The position numbers were made by a program, and so were the translations under genes. The notes beneath the pieces were generated by a model, which ran no database searches, was not told the origin of the DNA, and saw only the letters and a program-made list of their open reading frames with translations. A DNA stretch of 64,000 nucleotides, taken from assembly GCA_965649765.1 (NCBI GenBank), contig OZ287749.1:9796001-9860000 (forward strand), written 5' to 3'. Shown in pieces: positions 32,107 through 43,876 of the stretch. The DNA is from Bispira polyomma (Eukaryota). The stretch's first letter is position 1. Each line of letters opens with the position of its first letter.

Positions 32107-34359
32107 TCATAAAGCTGTCTCCATGATTTTAAAGGCGTTTCTGTCTTTGTGCCCCAGTTGGCGTGCTTCGACCCAGCCACTAGAGGTCGCACTAGGTTCT
32201 GTGTGATCTGTGTTGTGGTGGGGACAATGGCAGAGAGGGCGACAAACCCTAGGGTAATGCGCGTATGACTCGGTCCTGGGCGAGTAGGGGTCATTCATTC
32301 CGAGAGCTGCTTCATAGCAAGGGGGAGACTCTGACTGGCCAGTCGAGGGAGCCGTCGGGTGGGAAGGACTTGGTGGAATGGCTTCAGGACGGGCAAGCTT
32401 GTCTCTAGAGGACGTCTGGCTATGTGTGGTCAGACTAGACTCAGGGTGGGTGTCATTGGTAGACAGTGTATCCATAGGTAGACTGTATTGATGGTTATTG
32501 TGATCAGGTGGGTCGTTGGTGGTGGGGTCAGTATAAGGAGAGTTGGGGTCCCTTGGGCCGTGTAACCTATGGTTACAGATCACATGTCTCAGACTGTGTG
32601 GGTGAGAGGCTAGTAGCTGTTGTTTGGCAGGTGTGTTGTTGGCTTCAGGTCTGATTGGGTGAACACAGTGACTGGGGTGGTGGTTGTGTTGAACACTGGA
32701 GGAGTGGTGGGGCCTTGTGTTAGTAGCAGTAGAGCGATGGCCAAGTAAAGGGGTGGTGGAGCCTGAACTCTCGGGGGGTGAAGTGTGGGTGGGGGAGGAG
32801 CGTGTGGGGAGGGGACTTCCTGTATCAGAGTCCACCTCCAGGATAGTCTCTCTATTGAGTCCACGGCCAATCACATCAGGGCTTACAACAACGTGGCTAG
32901 CATCTCTACTGTGTCCACAGCCAATCACGTCGGGGCTTACAACAATGTGACTAGGATCTCTGGCCTGGTAGCCGGCCTGTATGACATCTGGTTCACTGGA
33001 GACCAGATTGTGGAGCTGTAAGGTGTCTGCTGTGAGTTCTGACGGGACTAACATACTACTGCTACGTGGACACTGCCTAGCTAGTCCCTCCCTCAGTTGT
33101 AGGACCTCGGCATAACTGTGGCGGCGCCACTGACGTCTCTTACCTCTAAGCCTACCGCCCATGGTCTGAGGGAGTCGTAAGATGACATTCCTTGCAGTAC
33201 TGCGAGCAGGTGGTGTTTCTGGACTGGTCTGATCACGCTCTGAGTGGTAACTAAGCTCTCCATTAGGACTGTAATACTTAGATGTGTACTGTACTGAGCC
33301 AGGGATAGGTGTGTATCCATGTCGTACACTACTACTGCTGTTGTTGTTGTCTTGGTAACTCACCACCTGATTGGCTGTGTCCATCAGCAGGGCCTCGGAA
33401 TAACTCGGTACGATGCTGTTGTTGTTACGAATATTTATCTCCAGTTCGATGCTGGCGAAGGTGTTTTCCCGGGTCATATGAGTGACGGGTCCTCCCGCTG
33501 CGTCCAAGATACTGGTCCCAAAGAGTTTGTGGACGTGGTAGTGAACGTAGGCTGTCTTGTACTCTATGAGTACTCTGAGTGGCCAAGACAGTAGTAGGAA
33601 GGAAGCCAGCCAGAAGACGGCCTGGGACACGTACCAGGGCAGGTGGGCAGCATCGGCAAACGCTATCATGTACTCCTTGAAATTAGCATTCATCAGATCC
33701 AGGCCCTCCCGCGTTTCCATGTAATCGTCTAGCCGCTCGTGTTCCTGGAAGAACTGCGACCTCTGCTCCTCGTACTCCTGCTCAGCATCAAGTACGGCAA
33801 AGGAGAACCCCTTGGAGATCCGGATCTTGGTGGCCGGATACTTCTCAAGGTTGATCAGCTGTTTGCTGACGTCTTTGATCCCGCAGCGCGTGAAGTTAAA
33901 GGCAGAACTGGCCGTGTGCGAGTTGACCCTCTCGTAGTAGACTTGTGTGGTGGTGAAGGCGTCCCCGTTACGATAGCGCGTCACCTGACGCGTCCGTCTC
34001 ACGTAGTGGTAACACAGAGCCTTCCACCAGACGATGGGCAGCGCTTCCTGCAGAGATCGCACGTGGTCGTAGGCCGTGCTGACGTCCAGCTTACACTGCA
34101 GCTGTATGCGGGTGTGACAGTGCCAGCACTCCACCAAATACACCAGGTACAGCATCAATACAAACGCCACCGGTATGTACACGTAGCCATCCTCGCACGG
34201 CGTACCACTCAGCCCCGCCATGGCGTCTGAGCGAACTGTCGTCAAGCGACACCACACAATGGCGGCCAGGCAACCCGAGATGAGCATGGTGAGAATGAGG
34301 CACTTCCAGTGGGTATCACGACGCAGGGACTGACAAAAGGACTTCTTGACTGGCTCCTG
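32107..34359 (-). CDS. TMEM151: TMEM151-family membrane protein, main coding exon (750 aa)
   Basis: SLRRDTHWKCLILTMLI, GYVYIPVAFVLMLYLVYLVECWHCH, PIVWWKALCYHYVRRTRQVTRYRNGDAFTTTQVYYERVNSH and LPWYVSQAVFWLASFLLLSWPLRVLIEY are TMEM151A/B signatures; ttttcag|CAG acceptor. Confidence 0.92.
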   Translation of the reverse strand, partial: QEPVKKSFCQSLRRDTHWKCLILTMLISGCLAAIVWCRLTTVRSDAMAGLSGTPCEDGYVYIPVAFVLMLYLVYLVECWHCHTRIQLQCKLDVSTAYDHVRSLQEALPIVWWKALCYHYVRRTRQVTRYRNGDAFTTTQVYYERVNSHTASSAFNFTRCGIKDVSKQLINLEKYPATKIRISKGFSFAVLDAEQEYEEQRSQFFQEHERLDDYMETREGLDLMNANFKEYMIAFADAAHLPWYVSQAVFWLASFLLLSWPLRVLIEYKTAYVHYHVHKLFGTSILDAAGGPVTHMTRENTFASIELEINIRNNNSIVPSYSEALLMDTANQVVSYQDNNNSSSSVRHGYTPIPGSVQYTSKYYSPNGELSYHSERDQTSPETPPARSTARNVILRLPQTMGGRLRGKRRQWRRHSYAEVLQLREGLARQCPRSSSMLVPSELTADTLQLHNLVSSEPDVIQAGYQARDPSHIVVSPDVIGCGHSRDASHVVVSPDVIGRGLNRETILEVDSDTGSPLPTRSSPTHTSPPESSGSTTPLLGHRSTATNTRPHHSSSVQHNHHPSHCVHPIRPEANNTPAKQQLLASHPHSLRHVICNHRLHGPRDPNSPYTDPTTNDPPDHNNHQYSLPMDTLSTNDTHPESSLTTHSQTSSRDKLARPEAIPPSPSHPTAPSTGQSESPPCYEAALGMNDPYSPRTESYAHYPRVCRPLCHCPHHNTDHTEPSATSSGWVEARQLGHKDRNAFKIMETAL

Positions 34360-35578
34360 CTGAAAATACAGGTAAAGAGTGTTAAGAGGGATTATGGTGG
34401 GGGGATGGGGGGACAAAGAGAGATTAGGCTGTAGATCAATGGGTCTAACAACACAGGGACTGACAGAAGGATTTCTTGACTGGCTCCTACCTGAAAATAC
34501 AGGTAAAGAGTGTTAAGAGGGAAATGGTGATGGGGGTGGGGGACAAAGCTTAGACTATAGACAAAACAGCTAGTGGGGGTGTCTCTCAAACCAAAGACTA
34601 AATTTATACTCAGACCAATTTGTGTTATTATAATAAGTAGAACCTCTTTTATCCAAACTTCAATTATCTTCCAATTATCTTCCATTAACTTCTAGTGGTA
34701 GCAGACCACTTAACACCAGTGTACCAATCAACACCAGCCTTGTAAACGATTGTAAATTTAGCTCTAACAATAGAGAAAACGCAGGCAATATGGTCATGGT
34801 AAATTAGTTTGGATATTAGTATGTTTGCATCACCGAAAAAGTGTTTTGAATAGATATATTCCTTCAAAAAGATATTTACTTTTTTCAATCTGGGTGGGTG
34901 TCGATTGATACATAGGAGTTAACTGCATTGTCGGCAACCAATTATTGATTATATGAACTCAATTCACTCTGCACAATTTTATGTTTTACTATTGTTTTAT
35001 ACTGAAATGCATCTTGATTTTATGAACCTACAATTATTGTATAATAGAGATTCCACTGTCTTCTGATTGCAGCGCCATCTCAGTAACTTAAAACCATTTT
35101 GCTGCAAGAAATCATGTTAACATCATATATCTTGTTCATATTTTTTGTTACATTTTGTGCCTAATTTCTTCTGAGAGTTCCGCACACCATAAAGCCATAC
35201 AAACTTACTGTGGTAATATTATGTAAATTGTTGGAAATAAGTTTTAGAAAAAGTCCTTTATTTATACAGGAATGTTAAACGTTCTAAAAAAATGTTTTAA
35301 TTAACCATGTGTACTTTTTTTAACCTCCTTATCAATTGTCATTCCATGAAGAAAGAAATTGTTGTTTTATTTGTAGTTGCTCAGTGAACGAGTTCGTAAG
35401 TGCCACAAAACAAGCAGTGTAAGTCACTGATAAATGTGGAATATCATTTATTGCATGGCTTAAAAAATGATGTCATGTTATACATTGTCATCTTCCCGGG
35501 TCAGAAAGTTTCTAAAATCTTCCTACAACTAAATTCTACAGGCCAGGGCACAAACTCTCAAAACAAACTCAAGCTTAA

Positions 35579-36436
35579 AGGGCATTGCTAACCGGCTCCG
35601 GTGCGGTACGGTCCGATCCGACAGAAATTTTAGAAACAATGTAATATATATTGTCTATACATACCTGATCCGTTGCGGTCCGATCCGATCCGTAAAGTTC
35701 GTAACGAAATTTCCTAAAATACAGATTTCTCTAATTTTTGTCGGACCGGATGGGGGGGGGGGGGGGGGGGTGGAAATGTAGGGGATAACACACAGATCAA
35801 GAAATGATATACTTTATCAACCTATTATAATCCATTAGTATAATATCCACTTGAGAATATTCAGGCCCATGACACAAAGTTAGCAATTAGTGTAAAATCC
35901 AATCAAGAATATTCAAGCCCTAACAAATATGTCTTAAAAACAATTAGCAGTAAAACAGTGGCCTAAATCCAATTAACCAGGGACTTTCAATTTGATTTTT
36001 GTAGTTCCCCTAAGAGCATAATGATATAAAGTGAAATTTGAATGACAGTAATAAATTATGTTGGAATAAATACTAACAAGGATTAATAAACTGAAATTGC
36101 CAACATATTTATTAGTTATATTAGATTGTTTTATTTAAATTTTGAATGTAGACACTTAACATTATGTGGATTGTTTGGATATATTGTGAACATGACAGAT
36201 GGGGGTTTTGTTGTGCATAGTTAAATGGATGTAATTAATACTCAGTACTGGGATAAATTATTTCAGGTAAGTAAATTCATAAGTTATAATTTGAATTTAT
36301 TTGATAATATATTTTAAGATATCACATAATCAGACCCAGTACCGGATCCAGTGTAAAAGCACCATACGAAATGGTTGGATCGTATCGGACGTAAATATTC
36401 GGACCGTACCGCACCGGAGCTGGTTAGCAAGACCCT
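35579..36436. mobile_element. Non-autonomous TIR element with TTAA flanks (Kolobok-like)
   Basis: ~38-bp TIR AGGG(CA/TC)TTGCTAACC(G/A)GCTCCGGTGCGGTACGGTCCGA, TTAA on both sides, TCCGA-type subterminal repeats. Confidence 0.75.
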
Positions 36437-36500
36437 TTAACTCAACTCAAACCAAGGCTGTGTAAAAGTCCTTGTACCTGGAATAAACCTATATATATAT

Positions 36501-36667
36501 ACCCTAAACTCCCTCGTAATAGCCCATGCTTTTATAAGAGCCCACCCCTAGTTTCTATAAATACTGTTAAAATTTTGAATGAAAACACCACATCCTCTTT
36601 AGAGCCAATCCCCTACATTTTCTTAAGTTCAAGTTAAAAGCCCATGGGCTATTACGAGGGAGTGGTA
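36501..36667. mobile_element. Short MITE
   Basis: Inverted repeat CTCCCTCGTAATAGCCCATG (36509-36528 / 36643-36662). Confidence 0.6.
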
Positions 36668-37159
36668 CTGTCACCCTTCATTTTAATACAGCTTTTTAGC
36701 ACTGAATTCAAATGTATGCAGTTTGCTTTAGCTCAACTGTGCTCTAGCCAGAGATATGGGGACTTAAGAATTGAGCTTTAGGGTCTTTTGAAAATACGGC
36801 CACCAGATGTCCTTACAGTGAACATAGTCCATAAAATTGTGGATATAGACTAGTCATGGCCAAATACAGTGTCACTGAATTGTGGATGGAAAAATTTAAC
36901 AGTGAGGAGGGCAGCCATTTCAAACTATAGAACCTCTAGGAAGCCTTTGGGGAAGAAAATGTGTACAACAATGAACAACAGTCAAAATAATCTGGTATAC
37001 CTTTGATCAGACATTTAATACTCTGTATTAATTGGAAATAATGCAATACTGTACAGGGGGCATCTGTAAATTGGACTTTAGTACAGGATTCACAGGGTTT
37101 AGATTTCAAATCGTTGAATATAAACACTGTTATTTGTCGTGATCTTAAACAGGAGCAAA

Positions 37160-37595
37160 GGGGCCTTGGTACTGTCGTGGCAATACGTTCCCCCTCATCT
37201 CTGCAGTCAGGGTTTAATTCCTGGGCCCTCAGCATGTATATGGGAAAGTTTGCAGTAGACTTGCTGAAGGTCAGTGGTTTGCTGTACAGAAGTCCTCAAC
37301 TAACTAACTTGTACAGCTTTCCTACACCAATAAACTGCCCATCACAACAGAATACTCAGATGTTGGATTTATTTGAATTTAGTTAGGTTTTTACATGACT
37401 TTCAACAGCTTAGGTCATATCACAATTGCTAGATTTAATGTTGGAAGAAATGAGTGCTTGAAGCACTAGTAAACCACCAACCTACACAACCTGGCAAACT
37501 TTCCTACATGAATTAAGGAACGAACAGGGATTCAAACCCACATTGGTCAAAGATCAGTGATTATTAGCACGCACTTCTGATCACTAGGCCACCCA
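37160..37595. mobile_element. Two degenerate tRNA-derived SINEs tail-to-tail (+ ~37160-37370, - ~37380-37595)
   Basis: + copy shares GGGGCC start and core (gtagacttgctgaaggtcagtggttt) with the copy at 59858; - copy has TGGCCTAGTG and GGTTTGAATCCC boxes; its 3' part recurs at ~41835-41935. Confidence 0.55.
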
Positions 37596-40114
37596 CTAGG
37601 CTACTTAGTTGTTGGAAGTGATGTTAAATGAAAAAAAAACAAGACTTGTCTTTTTAAAAAGACACAGGTGCAGAGTGTAAGAAATATTAATCTGACACCC
37701 CTCTGGCCAGGACGATTGTCTCCAACTAATTCATGAAAGCCTTAGATATTATTTCCAACATGGCAGCGTTTTCCAACATGGCCGCACCCTTTTCAGATTG
37801 AAAATAATATCAGGCTGCGTCTGATAATAAATAACTAAATTAACAGTAGCAAAGTAGTGGTAGTAACCACACTGAAGTAGGGTTTGTGTCTGTAGTTTTT
37901 ACAGATCCTCGGTAAGACAATTACAGCTAGACAGTTATCTTTATTCTTCAATTGCCATGTAGGACAGACTAAATGAAGCATTCACCTGCTTGAATAGATA
38001 TGATCAAGCCATGTGACATTTAAATGAATATTGGGGTGAAAGTGCTGAAACATTTTGTACAGGGTATGGTAGTAGGTTTTGGCATTAAGTAACTTAATTA
38101 TGATCTCGTAATTTGAAACACAAAATTGGGTTAGTAACTCACTGGCTCTGCATATCTGAAAGACAGAAAGTACAGTTGTACAGTAAGATTATTGACAGAG
38201 AGGCTAGTATTAAAAGTAGAGGTATGATGTCAAACAAATTGAAAAAGTTAAAAAACAGATGAATTATTTGTGTAAATTTGATTTTTATTGAATTTGTTGG
38301 TAAGTTTTGTAGACTGAAGTCTGAGTGCAAATTAAATTACAGATTTTAACTCTTCCGCGACTATGAAAAAACTGCCTCTAAAAATAAAGGAAAAGTTTTG
38401 GCAATTGGTTACAGCTAGCTGAAGTCAGTAAAACACACTTCACAATCTACTTCCAGCATTAAATATCTACCTCCTGCATCATTTTTTAATCAAGGAAGTC
38501 TGTTATTAACTAACAATTTCCTATTGCAAGGTACTGAAGGAAACTAAAATAATATTTTTGAGGTATCAACTGCTTGCCGATAAATATAGGTTCTGGGAGT
38601 AACAATTGCTGTTGGCTTCTTATACAGGTGAAAATTGTTATTTCCCTGATATTTCTCCAGTTTATAAGTGCTATGGGCAGTAGGGCAGTCCTTTTACAGT
38701 CCCTAATGCTGAGTCATGACTTAGACCTAATTAAATACAGTTGAACCCTTTTAAGTCGAAAAAAAACCAAACAATTCCACTTAAGCAGGTTTTCCACTTA
38801 ACAGGGAAGATTTTACATAAAAATGCACGAAATACTTTCCTGTACTTAAAAGGGGAAATGACTTATCAGAGTCCTCCTTGAAGGACGTTATGTTTTCATC
38901 TGTTGGTTGGTTTGTTTGTCACTAGGGATATACAAAAATCTACCTACTAAACCAATTCAAATGAAATTTGGTGGAAGGATATGGGCCATGGGCCATTTAC
39001 TTTTGGGTTGGTATTCTCAAACTAAACACATGCTTAAACTCATACTTAACTCAAATATAAGCTGTGTGGAAATCCTTATACATGGATATAACCTATACTT
39101 GTGACCATTGATTTCAATAGAGCTTTCAACACTGAATTCAAATATAAAGCCAGCTTTTAGATATATCAACTGTATCCAGAGTTATGGAGAATCCAGATTT
39201 GAGTTGAGTATGAGCTGAGTATGTTTTTTCACATGGTAGCACTTTGACAGAGGTATGTACTCTTTTGAGTGCCTGTCTATCGTTGTTGAAGGATTCTCTT
39301 TTCAAGTAGGACTTACATGTAAAGGTGTATTACATTGTGTTACTGCTGAATTATTCACAGAAAGTACTGGACAACACTGATGCTAGTTTAACACACTATA
39401 TATTCCTTTCTAAATTGTCATGTCTGGCAGATTAAGTTTCGTCTGATATACTTTTTTTTTAAACTCTGTTCTATTACAAGGACTGGAAACCACATCCCCC
39501 CCCCCCCCCCCCCCCGTTCTTCCCTGACAATTAGCCAACCAGACAACTACTTTGGTTCTGGTAAACTACCCAATACTCACAGCTCACCATGCTAATGAAT
39601 TATTGAGCCCCCTTTTTAAACTACAAAAGTTTTGTAAATGTGATTCTTATCAATGCAGGAAAAGACAAGAAGCAATGAAATCTCCGTCCAATTAGCATCT
39701 GCCTTTGATGTAGGGGAGTTTGCCTGCCACCCTTGGGCTCAGCCAGAGAGTGGAAATGAAGCTGAACTGATGTGATTTGCACAACACCATTTACTCAATA
39801 TGGCGTGGAATTCGGCTGTCATCAAATACCAGACACTGATTATTGTGGTTTTTTAGGAACTGTTGTTAGAAAGTATTCTCTTATTTACTGATGTTCTAAG
39901 GGCAGTGCCTTGACCTTGAGTTGGATTTTGACCTCGAGTAAGACAAGTAGTTGGGATAATATTTTATCTACTTCTACACATATATATGAACTGGTAAAAT
40001 TGTTATTTTTTAAAGTAAATAAGACCACCTTAGTGAGATAAAGGTAACCTTAGTCTAAGTGCACATTAAGGATGACTTTAAGTTGACTCGTTTAAGGTGA
40101 ATGTCAAGATTTTG

Positions 40115-40890
40115 ATTTTACACTTGATTCCTGTAAGACATAGTCTTGTACTTTAGTGTGTCTAAGTGTCTACACTTGATTCCTGTAAGATATAATCTGG
40201 TAGTTTAGTGTGTCTAAGTGTCTACACTTAATTTCTGTAAGAAATAGACTTGTACTTCAGTATGTCTAAGTGTCTACACTTGATTCCTGTAAGACATAAT
40301 CTTGTACTTCAGTGTGTCTAAGTGTCTATACTTGATTCCTGTAAGACATAGACTGATAGTTTAGTGTGTCTCAGTGTCTACTCTTGACTTCTGTTAAAAA
40401 TAGACTTGTACTTCAGTGTATATAAGTGTTTATACTTGATTTCTGTAAGATATATACTAGCACCTAAGTGTGTCTAAGTGTCGACACTTGATTCCTGTAA
40501 GTTATAGACTTGTAGTTTGGTGTGTCTAAGTGTCTACACTTGATTCCTGTAAGATATAGACTTGTATTTCAGTGTGTCTGAGTGTCTACACTTGATTCCT
40601 GTGAGATATAGACTTGTAGTTCAGTGTGTCTAAGTGTCTACACTTAATGCCTGTAAGACACAGACTTGTACTTTAGTGTGTCTAAGTGTCTTCACTTGAT
40701 TCCTGTAAGTTATAGACTTGTACTTCAGTGTGTCTGAGTGTCTACACTTGATTCCTGTAAGATATAATCTGGTGGTTTAGTGTGTCTAAGTGTCTACACT
40801 TAATTCCTGTAAGATATAGACTGATAGTTTAGTGTGTCTAAGTGTCTACACTTGATTCCTGCAAGACATACACTTAGTGTGTATAAGATG
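40115..40890. repeat. 54-bp minisatellite, about 14 copies
   Basis: CACTTGATTCCTGTAAGATATAGACTTGTACTTCAGTGTGTCTAAGTGTCTA-type units. Confidence 0.95.
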
Positions 40891-41372
40891 TCACTACAGT
40901 AAAACCTTTGTTAGTGAACATCTCTAAAAAGTGAACACCTTCCTATAACGAACACTTTTTTCCCAGTCTCGTTTTTTTAGAAGTAATTTGTACCTCTGAA
41001 TATTGGACCCATCTTTATGGTGAACATATTGACTGTTTCCCTTGATTGTTCACAATATTGAGATTTAATGTATTATATATAGGGTTCCCTAATACAAACT
41101 AAAATTTACCCAAAAGAGCTCTTTGACAATTATTTCAGAAAAACCTTTTAAACCCTATGGAAATGAACGACAAGATTTTTTGGGAACTGTGGTAATGAAA
41201 GCTATATGAATTATGGATAAGAAGACTTTTTTTGTCAAAATTGTGTTTGAGTTATAACTTAATATAGGTTTTAAGTACAGGTCTCATTAGGTATGTCTAG
41301 GTAGTTACGTGTTATATGCACACGCACTGTCGGCTCCGATTACATGCTCTTCTCACCTGCTACACTTTCCTA

Positions 41373-41386
41373 GTTACTATGGTAAC
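41373..41386. promoter_or_regulatory. RFX X-box-like palindrome in TMEM151 intron
   Basis: GTTACTATGGTAAC is close to GTTNCCATGGNAAC. Confidence 0.4.
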
Positions 41387-43609
41387 AGTTTCTACCCTAC
41401 ACCCGAGGCTTCTTAGTCTGGGATTAGTGATAAACTGAGTCAGATGAGTGGAATAAAGCATAGCAATGGACACTGAAGCTAACTGAAGCTACTAGTCTTA
41501 ACACAGTCTTGAGCTTTAGATTTCTGTATTTGATAAAGGGCGAAAGGTTAAAGTAGTGTTAGTCCCATTGACAGTAAGAAGAAATATTTGGACATAAAAT
41601 TTGAGCTTAAGACTAAGTTAAGACTAAGGCCTTTTGTGAATACAGCCTCTGGTGTTTTTGTTACTTTGGTGGCGAAACAACAGGAATGATTATCCATGAG
41701 AAATAAGCATTATTTTAAGAATATTAATGATAAAGTACAGAATAACTCATTTCCTTATGTAAAGATAATTAGGTTTTGTAATAAAAAATTATGCATTGAT
41801 TGCAGTATAATCATATATAACCATGTATTTATCTATTTATTCAGGGTTTAGGTCGCTTTCAACAGCTTAAGGTCATATCACAACTGCCAGATTTAATGGC
41901 GGAAGAAAACAAGTGTTTAAACACTATAAACCACAGAATTAAGTACACGGGTGGTGCTAGCTGTTGCCTCTCCTTGGCCTCAACCACCCAGTAAAATCAG
42001 TCAAAAGTCAATGTAAATTTCGAGATGGCTGAGGGCAACGGTAGGCCAAAGCCAGTGCCACCAGTGGTACCTGAAATGAAAAACTATACATCCATGTAAC
42101 ACTTAGCAGGTACACGAGCTGACTAAGCCTTATGACAGTTCACTAAACCTATACTAACATTTTTAGTCTTTACAACAGTTGGTAGCACACAAACGGCCAG
42201 ATATCAACTCAGTTTTTCAAAAGCTTTAACCAATGACCTCAAGAATTGACCTCAGTTTAACCTTAGTGAATTGTGAATGAGAAGATAATGTGTAAAATAT
42301 ATATATATTGAATTTTATTTTGGGCTGAAGCTGAACACCTACATATAACACATCAGTGTGTTAAACATTAATCTGTAATATATACATTAATTAGCCCTAT
42401 AAGCCCAAGCTACATTTACTAAGCAATAGGTAGGGTAAAATTGGCAAGTTGCTATTTCTCTGTATCCAGGACAGCTGTGTAATGACACACACCGTGTTTA
42501 CCTTATAACAACACTGTTTATCTTCCTACTTGAGTTACACCTCAGATGAGCTGCCTTCACTAGAGTAAATGAAGCAGTGATTGAGTCACCATAGGCCCAA
42601 GCCCAAAACAGCCCTACACCCAAAGACCCTTCCTCCTCCCCCCCCCCCCCCCCCTTCAAACTCCCATATGTCTCGTGTTACCCGTCCATTAATACCCCCG
42701 CAACAAATTGAGAAATCAGTCGTAAACACGGGGCCCTACATTAACGGGGGCAGTAAATCCCTGCGTATGTGTGTTTTCTATATGAAGCAGAAGTAACCAT
42801 TTTACACCATACAATAAAACCCAGCCCAGGACAATAGAACGCCAACAATTGCTGGTGAGGCTATATATATTGCTAGAACTCTGTAATTGTCTACAAAACA
42901 ACATCCAGCTCCTATTAGAGTTTTACCTCCCCTGAAAAGGCCTTAAAAACAATGAAAATATACAGGAGGTGTAAAATGGGTGTAAAAGCTACATATCTAT
43001 TATTTAAAGAAATTTTTAGTCTAAACCAATTTCATTGGATCAAAAATATTGTTTCAAAGCATCTGATAGGCTCTGAGACTGAGAACAATTCTAGGAATTC
43101 GAATTTTAAGAATACATGACTATGGCCTCCTGCAGGTGTGACTGTTTTTGGACAAATAACTTTAGTTATTAGAAGCGATTGTTTGTTGTTGCAAACATCA
43201 AAGACATTACAGCATTTACTGCCGCTGCTTTGCACGGCTTGCATAAACAGAGACACTCTGTGCCCTCATTACCATAGAAACGACCTCTGTGGTACTAATC
43301 AGTGTCCTGTCACCATCACACACACACTAATGTGGCGTGGAAAACCTATTAGTTGTTGGAATTTGCCCCCGTGCATTGCCATATCCTATGGGTTTTAGGC
43401 TGATTTTGATTCTGAACAAATGTGCATGTTAAGCTAATTAATGAGTTTGTTTACATTGTAAAAACTTTTCTTAGCTTATATAATTACATCAAACAAGAAG
43501 GTGATGTTTTCGACCTTGTCTATTGGTTTGCTTCCTTGTCACCAGGATATTGAACACACAACAACTAAAAACAGAATTATAGGCACGGACCTAGGGAGAA
43601 TCCATTTAA

Positions 43610-43876
43610 CCCTTTCGATGCCTATCTTGTCGGTAAGCAGTCAGCAAGCAGTCAACACACCGCAAAATATTATTTTATTTTCCTTCAGTTTCTCACAATA
43701 GCAAACTGTTAGTACAGGAGAGTCCTTGATTTAAAAATATTATACGTGAGGCTGTTATTGAATGCTTAAAGTAGTCTGTGGTGAGTGTTTTATTGACATC
43801 AGCTATCTGTGATAATAATTGCAGAAAAATTTCCTTCAGTTTAACTGGTGATAGTTTTCTTTTAGGGTCTAAAGGG
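43610..43876. mobile_element. piggyBac-like MITE (TTAA-CCC...GGG-TTAA)
   Basis: TTAA flanks, CCCTTT/AAAGGG termini; internal similarity to 45262-45511 and 55160-55456. Confidence 0.65.

Noticed and set aside
35752-35771. Homopolymer G/C runs (also ~39496-39515, 42637-42654, 63733-63750)
   Set aside because: Simple homopolymers, common in such genomes and unreliable in length
40115-40890. Regularly spaced repeat resembling a CRISPR array
   Set aside because: Whole 54-bp unit repeats with no unique spacers, eukaryotic context, no cas genes; the same holds for the 8600, 51400 and 57290 arrays
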